Source: a virus
Lineage: Duplodnaviria; Heunggongvirae; Uroviricota; Caudoviricetes
Virus record (IMG/VR): IMGVR_UViG_3300042691_005779
Reading direction: 5' to 3' (one strand)
Length of the DNA: 64,000 nt
Part shown: positions 55,838-63,609 of the stretch, piece by piece
Position numbering within the stretch: the first letter of the stretch is position 1
Layout: each line of letters opens with the position of its first letter
Translations under genes and position numbers: made by a program
The notes under the pieces: generated by a model
Seen by the model: only the letters and a program-made list of their open reading frames with translations
The model's database searches: none
Told to the model about the DNA's origin: nothing

Positions 55838-56119
55838 ATGAAAAAGAACATGAAAATGTACTCAAAAGAAGAGTTAAGCACAATGCAAGAAATGGCTAAA
55901 CAGCCTGTTTCAACAACCAAATTAGCTAGAAAGCTAGCTAAACAGTTCAACAGAACATACGCAGGAGTCTATTCAAAGCTATTGTTTATGCGTAGAGGCA
56001 TAACAGTAGAAGCAAAGATTGCTGCTACAAAGACACCAGTCCAAACCAAAAGTCACACAATTAGTAGTAGGCCTACCAAGATAGAGATATCTGATGCAGG
56101 TATGACATTTTATTTCTAA
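55838..56119 (+). CDS. Small basic protein, 93 aa, possible HTH (MKKNMKMYSKEEL...)
   Basis: ATG after the terminator with an AACACAAACAT leader. The track start at 55793 is rejected as lying in the terminator. Confidence 0.45.
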   Translation: MKKNMKMYSKEELSTMQEMAKQPVSTTKLARKLAKQFNRTYAGVYSKLLFMRRGITVEAKIAATKTPVQTKSHTISSRPTKIEISDAGMTFYF

Positions 56120-56140
56120 CAACAATAAATACTAACAACC

Positions 56141-56383
56141 ATGTCTTACAGTCTAGTCTTTAGTGCTAAACCACATAGCACACGTACCATTACAGTGTAC
56201 GAACCAACAACAGAAACAGCGTCTCCTTATGTTAAAACAATTAGAGCATGCTCTAAGCTAATAGATGCCATCTTTGCAGCTAAAACACAGCAAAGACCAA
56301 CTAAGCGTATACATATGAAAGGACGCAAATATATGTACATCAGCTCTGATGAGTATAAACTAGTCAGAGTAAAAAACTTCTAA
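56141..56383 (+). CDS. Hypothetical protein, 80 aa
   Basis: ORF. Confidence 0.4.
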   Translation: MSYSLVFSAKPHSTRTITVYEPTTETASPYVKTIRACSKLIDAIFAAKTQQRPTKRIHMKGRKYMYISSDEYKLVRVKNF

Positions 56384-56421
56384 GATGATATATTTTATTA
56401 TCTTTGTGTTAGTCATCTTTA

Positions 56422-56461
56422 ATATATGGCTGTCCTATGAGTTTCATAGGGCACCATATAT
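56422..56461 (+). other. 40-nt nested perfect hairpin ATATATGG-ctgt-CCTATGA-gtt-TCATAGG-gca-CCATATAT
   Basis: 8 + 7 bp perfect stems with a symmetric internal loop; intergenic; no U-tract. Confidence 0.45.
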
Positions 56462-56493
56462 GGATGATGATGGTCACATAATAAACAAGAAAA

Positions 56494-56700
56494 ATGATAT
56501 TACAGTTAAATCCAATGATACCAATAGTGAGAGTCTGTGATAAGATGGAAGGCTATGCTTTTCTAGTTATTGATTATAGCCAAGAGCATAACCTTTTATT
56601 TACCTGTGCAATGGATGATGGAGAGATATGGACACTGACAAACAAGGAGATTAGATTCTGTAAGAACATATCATTAGAGAGATACAACATTAATTTATAA
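56494..56700 (+). CDS. Hypothetical protein, 68 aa
   Basis: ORF. Confidence 0.4.
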   Translation: MILQLNPMIPIVRVCDKMEGYAFLVIDYSQEHNLLFTCAMDDGEIWTLTNKEIRFCKNISLERYNINL

Positions 56701-56711
56701 AACAATTAAAG

Positions 56712-57014
56712 ATGGCAAAGAGTAAAAAAAACCTCATAGATGGATACTTCTTCATGAGTGTAATTGATGGTGATATAAACATAGACTGTTCAGGTCATGA
56801 TGCTACGTTAGCTGCAGCATTTGCAACAATTATTGTTAGCAATGATAAGAAAGGAGCTGGTGTAAAGAGCATATTAGCCACAGCTATTGCTATTGCTGCT
56901 GCTGAATTAGAACCAAAAGCTGCTCCTAAGAAGAAAGCTAATCCTAAGCAAATGAATGGTGCAAAGAGCACAGAACCATTTGTTAAGACTAGAAAGAAAA
57001 AAGCAGCAAAATAG
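56712..57014 (+). CDS. Protein with a Lys/Ala/Pro-rich histone-H1-like C-terminal tail, 100 aa (DNA-binding candidate)
   Basis: AAPKKKANPKQMNGAKSTEPFVKTRKKKAAK. Confidence 0.45.
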   Translation: MAKSKKNLIDGYFFMSVIDGDINIDCSGHDATLAAAFATIIVSNDKKGAGVKSILATAIAIAAAELEPKAAPKKKANPKQMNGAKSTEPFVKTRKKKAAK

Positions 57015-57124
57015 GCAATATATTACACATATATTTCCAATTGTTTAATCTTTTATGCTTAATATGGCTTAAACGTTAAACAGATAGAAATATATTTCCA
57101 ATCACATGCAATAAATTGCACTTT

Positions 57125-57514
57125 ATGAAACAATTATTCACACTCATGGCACTAGCATTCACTATGAATGTATGTGCTCAAACAACAGCTGTCCAAGTAC
57201 AGCATGGTAAATACATCAATAAGCAGTGGAAATACAACGCACCAAAGGTGACTAATATTCCTGTTACACTTGATTATCCTAACGTCACTGTTGGAGATAG
57301 CACATACAAGCTCACTGCTAACGTAGGAGATACAACAACTTCTACATATAATCTTTACGTTTCACATTGCGTAAACAATAAGAACGCTGTAGGTACATTA
57401 GCTATTTGTATATACAATGATGGTTCTTATTATTTGTCTGTATCCTATGGTAATCTAATTAGAAGATATACACTTAAATACAATGACTATGAAATGGGAA
57501 ATAATAGACAATGA
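57125..57514 (+). CDS. Secreted beta-rich protein with an N-terminal signal peptide, 129 aa (track start 57116 is TTG; ATG at 57125)
   Basis: MKQLFTLMALAFTMNVCA/QTT signal. Preceded by direct repeats ATATATTTCCAAT x2 and palindrome TGCAATAAATTGCA. Confidence 0.45.
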   Translation: MKQLFTLMALAFTMNVCAQTTAVQVQHGKYINKQWKYNAPKVTNIPVTLDYPNVTVGDSTYKLTANVGDTTTSTYNLYVSHCVNNKNAVGTLAICIYNDGSYYLSVSYGNLIRRYTLKYNDYEMGNNRQ

Positions 57515-57701
57515 ACCAAAGCTTGGTGATGTTAGATTTAAAACCAAGTTTGCATGGCTACCAACACGTGTTCTAAGCAAGATAACTGATACAGATCATA
57601 TGATATGGTTTGAGTTATACATTGAAGAACAGGTGTACAAACGTACATTAGATGGTTGGTACACAGATTGGCACACAGTAGCTAAAACAATACATATATG
57701 A
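57483..57701 (+). CDS. Hypothetical protein, 72 aa
   Basis: ORF; ATGA coupling to the next gene. Confidence 0.4.
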   Translation: MTMKWEIIDNEPKLGDVRFKTKFAWLPTRVLSKITDTDHMIWFELYIEEQVYKRTLDGWYTDWHTVAKTIHI

Positions 57702-57907
57702 AAACAGCAATGCAAGAATTGATTAGTGAATTAAAAAGCATTGAATCATATGACTCTATTGTACATGGTATAATAAAAAGAGCAGAATCTAAACTTGATA
57801 AAGAAAAACAGCAGATAATAGATGCTTGTTGGTATGGACATGATATAAAACATGAATATTTTAATCCAATACATTACATTGATAAAACATACCCTCAAAA
57901 CAAATAA
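57698..57907 (+). CDS. Hypothetical protein, 69 aa
   Basis: ORF ending 3 nt before the polymerase start. Confidence 0.4.
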   Translation: MKTAMQELISELKSIESYDSIVHGIIKRAESKLDKEKQQIIDACWYGHDIKHEYFNPIHYIDKTYPQNK

Positions 57908-57910
57908 CCT

Positions 57911-60037
57911 ATGAATGTATTGATTTATGACATTGAAACACTCAAGGAGTTGTTTCTTGTGGTGGTGTACAAACCAGACACAGATGTTACATATGAATTC
58001 CAGGTGAGTAGATGGACTAATCAATTAGATGCATTCATTAGATTCACAGAGGAACATGATGAACATTATTGGGTGGGCTATAATAATCTACGCTTTGACA
58101 GCCAAGTGGTTGAGCATGTGTTGAGGAACTATGAGCATTGGCATGAGATGAGTGGATTAGAGATATGTGCCATCATAGCACAGAAAGCTGCAGATACTAT
58201 TCATGATGCAAACTTTGATGTATTCCCTGAGTATAAAGAAGAATGGTTGAGTCTCAAGCAATTGGATCTATTCAAGATTAATCACTATGATAACAAGAAT
58301 AGACGTGTGAGCCTGAAGAGATTGGAGTTTGAGATGGACTTTGAGAACATTGAAGAGATGCCAATACATCATCTTAAAGAAGACATGACCAAGGAAGAAG
58401 TTATTGAGACTATCTACTATTGTCATAATGATGTGCAGGCTACATATGAGTTCTATAAGATAACTACAGGTGATACAGAACATCCATTGTACAAGGGTAA
58501 TAACCAAATAGAACTGAGAGAAGATATATATGAAGAGTTTGGTATTCCTTGCTTGAACTATTCTGATTCCAAGATTGGTGATGAAATGATTAAGAAGTTT
58601 TATTGTGAACAGAAGGGTATACAGTATTCTGATCTTCCAAAGAAAGGACTATTCAGAAAGGATGTGAGAGTTAAAGATTGTATTGCTGATTATGTAGCAT
58701 TCCAGACACCAGAGCTACAAGAGTTCTTAAAAAGGATTAGCAAAGAACGTCTTACAATGAAGGACGAGTTTAAAGAATCATTAGAATTTTATGGTAATAC
58801 GTACACTTTTGCAAAGGGTGGTCTTCACACAGAGAACAAGCCTAAAGTATTTGAAGCTGATGATGATACACTTATTGTAGATTGGGATGTATCTAGCTAT
58901 TATCCTGCCATCATCATTAACAATGGTAAATATCCTGGTCATCTAGGTTCTGAATTCCTTAGAGGTTACAAGACAATGTTTGATAAAAGACTTGAGCTTA
59001 AACCACTAGCTAAGAAGGATAAGAAGATTAAAGGTATTGTTGGTGCTCTAAAGCTTGCTGTTAACTCTGTGTATGGTAAGAGTTCTGATATGCAGTCGTG
59101 GATCTATGATAGACAGCTCACTATGTTCACCACTATTACAGGTGAACTCAGTCTCCTCATGCTCATCGAAGCATATGAACTAGCTGGTATACATGTTATA
59201 TCTGCTAATACAGATGGTGTAACTATTATGGTTAGTAAGTCCTTAGTAGAAAAGATGCATGAGCTTAACAAATGGTGGATGGATGTAACACAATATGAGC
59301 TGGAACGCACTGATTATCAGAAGATTATATTCTCAACAGTTAATGACTATTTAGCAATTAAAACAGATGGAGAAATTAAAAAGAAAGGTGATTTCCTCAC
59401 TGACTTTGAGTTACACAAGAATAAGTCAGCTAGGATTGTACCTATTGCTCTCGAGCGTTATTATGTTAATGATATCCCTGTGGCTGATACCATTCGTAAT
59501 CATACAAACATATATGACTTTTGTCTCAGACAAAAAGCAAGTAAAGACTTTCATTATGAAGGAGTCAAAACAGGTAGATCTTTAAGCATATCAACAGAAA
59601 AAGAACTTCTTGATAATGGTTGGGTACAATATGAAGGTGATTCATGGATTAAAAAAGAATGGATTGACCAACAAAAACCATATGATAGAATGGCTACTTC
59701 TTTTGATAACGCTATAAGTTCTGTTAATGCAGATTTAAGATGCAAAGAACATAAAACAATCTACAACAAACTGATTAGATATTATGTATCTAACACTGGT
59801 GAGAAGCTATTGAAGGTGAAGAATGAAAACTCAGATAGTGGTGCAGCTGATGTAATACAAGTGGAGGCAGGTGAATGGGTGATGCATGTATGCAATTATC
59901 TATTACCAGACCATCCATTAGACAACATCAATCATGCATATTATATTGAGCGTGCTGAGACAATCATCAATAAAATACAGTTTGCAGGTAGAAAGAGAAA
60001 GATTATTGTTAACCCACAACAAATGACATTGTTCTAA
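57911..60037 (+). CDS. polB: Family B DNA polymerase with an N-terminal 3-5 exonuclease (708 aa)
   Basis: Exo I YDIET, Exo II YNNLRFD, Exo III YCHNDVQATYEFY. Pol motif A DWDVSSYYPAIII (58881-58920), motif B KLAVNSVYGKS (KxxxNSxYG), motif C ISANTDGV (variant of DTDS). Confidence 0.8.
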   Translation: MNVLIYDIETLKELFLVVVYKPDTDVTYEFQVSRWTNQLDAFIRFTEEHDEHYWVGYNNLRFDSQVVEHVLRNYEHWHEMSGLEICAIIAQKAADTIHDANFDVFPEYKEEWLSLKQLDLFKINHYDNKNRRVSLKRLEFEMDFENIEEMPIHHLKEDMTKEEVIETIYYCHNDVQATYEFYKITTGDTEHPLYKGNNQIELREDIYEEFGIPCLNYSDSKIGDEMIKKFYCEQKGIQYSDLPKKGLFRKDVRVKDCIADYVAFQTPELQEFLKRISKERLTMKDEFKESLEFYGNTYTFAKGGLHTENKPKVFEADDDTLIVDWDVSSYYPAIIINNGKYPGHLGSEFLRGYKTMFDKRLELKPLAKKDKKIKGIVGALKLAVNSVYGKSSDMQSWIYDRQLTMFTTITGELSLLMLIEAYELAGIHVISANTDGVTIMVSKSLVEKMHELNKWWMDVTQYELERTDYQKIIFSTVNDYLAIKTDGEIKKKGDFLTDFELHKNKSARIVPIALERYYVNDIPVADTIRNHTNIYDFCLRQKASKDFHYEGVKTGRSLSISTEKELLDNGWVQYEGDSWIKKEWIDQQKPYDRMATSFDNAISSVNADLRCKEHKTIYNKLIRYYVSNTGEKLLKVKNENSDSGAADVIQVEAGEWVMHVCNYLLPDHPLDNINHAYYIERAETIINKIQFAGRKRKIIVNPQQMTLF

Positions 60038-60291
60038 TGAGTAAGATAAATCGTGAGAACATAGCTGACCACTTGGTAGACTACCAGTTAGGAATGATTG
60101 GTAAGTCTACACAAGAGGCACATATGACAAAAGAATGGTACGACAAATGGACCATGACACAAGAGCAACACGATCAGTTCAAAGCTTATGCATTACCACT
60201 AATCAAAAAAGTGTTTAAATGTAATAAGTCAAGAGCTGAGAGTACATTTAATTGGTTTGATCTTCAATTTGGATTACGTATTAAAAATTAA
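60037..60291 (+). CDS. Hypothetical protein, 84 aa
   Basis: TAATG overlap with the polB stop. Confidence 0.4.
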   Translation: MSKINRENIADHLVDYQLGMIGKSTQEAHMTKEWYDKWTMTQEQHDQFKAYALPLIKKVFKCNKSRAESTFNWFDLQFGLRIKN

Positions 60292-60295
60292 AATT

Positions 60296-60847
60296 ATGGG
60301 AGCAAGTTGGTTTCAACAAGTAGGATATGGTAAAACATTAGATGATGCATACAAACGTTCTTGCGAAGAAGCAGAAGATGAGTATGGACATCAAGAAGGA
60401 TACAATGGTACAATTAGCACTACAACATATGCTAAAGATATTACACAAGAATATCATAGAAGTAAACTAGATTTAGAACAATTTGTACGTTCTAAGATGG
60501 AAATGTTAAACAAAAGAGACTGTTGTGCAATTTGCTTACAGGAGCCTGTTGGAAATAAGAACAAGACAAAGTCTCAGGTGGAGCATCTTGTTACACCTGG
60601 TACAAAGAGATGGGTACTTAAATATGTAGTGTATAATGATGCGTTACAAATGATTACATCTTGTGATACAAAAGGTGAAGCTGTTAAAAAAGGCAGAGAA
60701 TATACAGAAAAACATCAAAGTTCTACATATATATGTATGGAAAAGACTCTTGATAAAGGAAATAAAAAGGTAGCTATAATAAAATACAAGAAGTCTACAA
60801 CAGAAAGACCAGGTAGATGGATGTTCTTTGGTTGGGCTGCAGAATAA
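60296..60847 (+). CDS. Hypothetical protein (183 aa from the ATG at 60296; the track start 60257 overlaps the upstream gene)
   Basis: ORF; CCAIC ... C motifs. Confidence 0.4.
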   Translation: MGASWFQQVGYGKTLDDAYKRSCEEAEDEYGHQEGYNGTISTTTYAKDITQEYHRSKLDLEQFVRSKMEMLNKRDCCAICLQEPVGNKNKTKSQVEHLVTPGTKRWVLKYVVYNDALQMITSCDTKGEAVKKGREYTEKHQSSTYICMEKTLDKGNKKVAIIKYKKSTTERPGRWMFFGWAAE

Positions 60848-60857
60848 AACAATACAT

Positions 60858-61199
60858 ATGGAAAAAGAATTTCTACCCTATCAAGAATCATTAGAGCTTA
60901 AAGAATTAGGCTTTAAAGAAAAGTGTGCTGCACATTATATAGATGAAGATGATTTAGAATTAAAATGGAAGATTTATAGAAATCTATCTATTAATATGAC
61001 CTATTTAGTACAAGCACCTTTATATCAACAAGCGTTTAGATTTTTTAGAGATAAGTTTGATTTTCGCTATTCAATAGGTAATACAAACATATCTGTTGTA
61101 CATTATGGTACAACGCAGTTGTTGCAAAACAATGCAACATATGAAGATGCAGAACTTGCCACTATTAGATTTTTTATTGAAAAAGCTAAACAAAGATAA
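60858..61199 (+). CDS. Hypothetical protein (113 aa from the ATG at 60858)
   Basis: ORF; start chosen just after the upstream stop at 60847. Confidence 0.35.
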   Translation: MEKEFLPYQESLELKELGFKEKCAAHYIDEDDLELKWKIYRNLSINMTYLVQAPLYQQAFRFFRDKFDFRYSIGNTNISVVHYGTTQLLQNNATYEDAELATIRFFIEKAKQR

Positions 61200-61200
61200 T

Positions 61201-61458
61201 ATGTCAGATATATCAGCATGCAATGGTGGTAGTTGTCCATTAAGACTACACTGCCACAGATACACTTGCCCTAAAGAAGAATTAGGGCAATCTTATTTTA
61301 AGGACCCTCCATATGAAATGAGCATGATAACAAGTGAGATATTTAACTCAGTTGGTGTAATGACATTCACATGCCCATTCTTTTGGAACAATCAAGAACT
61401 CAAAGATGAAAGACCAAAGTTTGAAAATAATAGAGGATTGGGAGAGGGAATCTCTTAA
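61201..61458 (+). CDS. Small Cys-rich protein, 85 aa (MSDISACNGGSCPLRLHCHRYTCPKEE...)
   Basis: Track ORF 61096..61458 trimmed to the ATG right after the upstream stop; C-x4-C-x5-C-x4-C cluster. Confidence 0.4.
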   Translation: MSDISACNGGSCPLRLHCHRYTCPKEELGQSYFKDPPYEMSMITSEIFNSVGVMTFTCPFFWNNQELKDERPKFENNRGLGEGIS

Positions 61459-61597
61459 AGATTTAGTATATTTGCAAGAAGAAATAACTTTAATGCAACA
61501 ACAGGTTGATAAACAACCTGCTATAATACAAGTTATTGATAAGGACAAAATACTAAACAGAAGACATGAACATCAAGATGACGTTCTCCCATTTTGA
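61406..61597 (+). CDS. Possible overlapping small ORF, 63 aa, coiled-coil-like
   Basis: Overlaps neighbours on both sides; weak. Confidence 0.2.
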   Translation: MKDQSLKIIEDWERESLKDLVYLQEEITLMQQQVDKQPAIIQVIDKDKILNRRHEHQDDVLPF

Positions 61598-62186
61598 GGA
61601 GCTACTTAAGTCTGGGTATAGCCTAGACATGCTATTTTTCATTATGTTAGTTGAAGATGGATCAGACGTAGATAGTCTGTGTGAAGCACCAAAGTTAAAG
61701 ATGCTACACCAAACTGTACGCAGAAAAGGTCTATTGTCAGAAGCTAATAAAGTTACTATTCTTGGTAAGGAACTACTTGCTTTTCTAAATGAAGAGAAGG
61801 AAGTTAAAGTGCCTAAGAAGAAGAAAACAGATACTGACTTTGATAAGTGGTGGGGTTTGTATCCAGGTACAGACACCTTCACTTATAGAAGTCAATCATT
61901 TACAGGTACACGCAGCATGCGTACAAAGAAAGAAGAATGCAAGGTGAAATACAACAACATCCTTGCAGAAGGTGACTACACAGCCAAAGAGCTATTGGCA
62001 GCTTTGGAATATGAAATCTTACAGAAGAAAGAGAATTCAATCAAGACAAAAGTCAATAGACTTACATTTATGCAGAACAGTCTCACCTATCTCAATCAGA
62101 GGTCATTTGAACCATTCATTGAACTAGTAAGAGAAGGTAAGACTATTAAAGAGTCTGCTGAACCAATTAAAGGTATGGATATATGA
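61566..62186 (+). CDS. Replication-module protein, 206 aa, function unknown (possible initiator or primase partner)
   Basis: ORF in the tightly coupled operon upstream of the Zn-ribbon protein and helicase. Confidence 0.4.
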   Translation: MNIKMTFSHFEELLKSGYSLDMLFFIMLVEDGSDVDSLCEAPKLKMLHQTVRRKGLLSEANKVTILGKELLAFLNEEKEVKVPKKKKTDTDFDKWWGLYPGTDTFTYRSQSFTGTRSMRTKKEECKVKYNNILAEGDYTAKELLAALEYEILQKKENSIKTKVNRLTFMQNSLTYLNQRSFEPFIELVREGKTIKESAEPIKGMDI

Positions 62187-62374
62187 AAAATGAAACTTTG
62201 GTATGTAAAAGATGTGGATCAGCAGATTCTATTCAGATAAGAGTTTGGCAGTATGTAAACAATAGTGAATACGCAGGGGAATGTAGTGATGATAGTGGAG
62301 ATAGATGGTGTGAAGATTGCGAAGAGCATGTTGATTTCATAACGAAAGAGGAATGGGAAACTGAAAAAAAGTAA
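62183..62374 (+). CDS. Zn-ribbon protein, 63 aa (CKRCGS ... CEDCEEH)
   Basis: Two CxxC pairs; ATGA overlap upstream; 3 nt before the helicase gene. Confidence 0.45.
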   Translation: MKNETLVCKRCGSADSIQIRVWQYVNNSEYAGECSDDSGDRWCEDCEEHVDFITKEEWETEKK

Positions 62375-62377
62375 TTT

Positions 62378-63439
62378 ATGAGTTTTGAAGATTTAAAACG
62401 AGAAGTTCAAGCTGGCCTAGATGGTAGGAACAATGGCATACCTATGGGCTTTGAGAGATTGAACAAATACATTGGTATCAGAAAAGGTATGTACACCTTA
62501 GTAGGTGGCCTCACTGGGTCAGGTAAAACTAGCTTTGTAGATGATGCTTACGTTTTAAATCCATTTGATTGGTTTATCAGTCAGAAAGACCCAGGAGTGA
62601 AGTTAAAGATCATATATAGATCTATGGAGCGTAGCAGAACATATAAGTTTGCCAAGTGGGTCTCAAGAAAGATATTTCTAGACCATGGTATAATCATACC
62701 TGTATCCAAGCTATTAGGTTGGACAGATAAGATGAGCCATGATGAGCACGATCTGTTCCTGATGTATGAAGATTATATGGATAGTATGAAAGATGTAATC
62801 ACAATCATTGATGGACCAGAGAACCCAATTGGTATAGCAAAACATCTTAAAGACCATGCATTAGCTAATGGTGTAATGGAAGATGTAGATCAATACAACA
62901 AGAAGTATATCCCTAATAATGATAATGAAATCACTATTGTTGTTGTTGATCATATAGGCTTGTTAAAGCCAACAAAAGACCATCCCACAAAGAAGCAATC
63001 CATAGATAAGATGTCAGATGAGCTTAGATATGCTCGTGACATGTATGGATATACTCCTGTGATTGTCAGTCAGTTCAATAGAGACATATCCAATCCTATT
63101 AGGATTAAGAATGGTGACGTAGAACCACAGCTAGAAGACTTTGCTGAGAGTTCTCAGACACAGAATGATGCTGATGTTGTCCTAGCACTGTTTGACCCCA
63201 TGAGGTATAAGGTACCAGACCCTAGTGGATATGACGTAAACAAATTAAGAGATGAGTTTGGTGCAAAGTATTTCAGATCATTGAGACTAATTAAGAATAG
63301 TTATGGTGAAGATGATGTGAGAATAGGACTGGGCTTTCTTGGCCACGTTGGTATGTTCAAAGAGCTACCAAAGGTCAAGTATATGAATGAGAACGTGTAT
63401 GATGAAATTATTAATAAAACTTTCTTTTTAAACAAGTGA
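62378..63439 (+). CDS. DnaB-family replicative helicase, C-terminal RecA-like domain only (353 aa)
   Basis: Walker A GGLTGSGKTSF (62504-62536) in the DnaB context GIPMGFERLNKYIG. Walker B IVVVDHIGLL. H3 motif VIVSQFNRD (SQxNR). Confidence 0.7.
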   Translation: MSFEDLKREVQAGLDGRNNGIPMGFERLNKYIGIRKGMYTLVGGLTGSGKTSFVDDAYVLNPFDWFISQKDPGVKLKIIYRSMERSRTYKFAKWVSRKIFLDHGIIIPVSKLLGWTDKMSHDEHDLFLMYEDYMDSMKDVITIIDGPENPIGIAKHLKDHALANGVMEDVDQYNKKYIPNNDNEITIVVVDHIGLLKPTKDHPTKKQSIDKMSDELRYARDMYGYTPVIVSQFNRDISNPIRIKNGDVEPQLEDFAESSQTQNDADVVLALFDPMRYKVPDPSGYDVNKLRDEFGAKYFRSLRLIKNSYGEDDVRIGLGFLGHVGMFKELPKVKYMNENVYDEIINKTFFLNK

Positions 63440-63609
63440 TATGAAATTAAATATTAAAACCTACAATACATTACCTACAAAGAAAAGTCATTGGTGGCAA
63501 ATAGTATTATTCCCCACTGTAAGCTTAATGAATAACATACAGAAGCATGATCCATATGTAGCTGTAAACATAGAATACTTATTTTGGTCAATTACAACAA
63601 TATTAAGTT

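Noticed and set aside
57116-57124. TTG start of ORF 57116..57514 and GTG start of ORF 51580..51867
   Set aside because: The ORF track accepts non-ATG starts. In both cases an in-frame ATG a few codons downstream gives a better N-terminus (signal peptide; TM helix), so I moved the starts.
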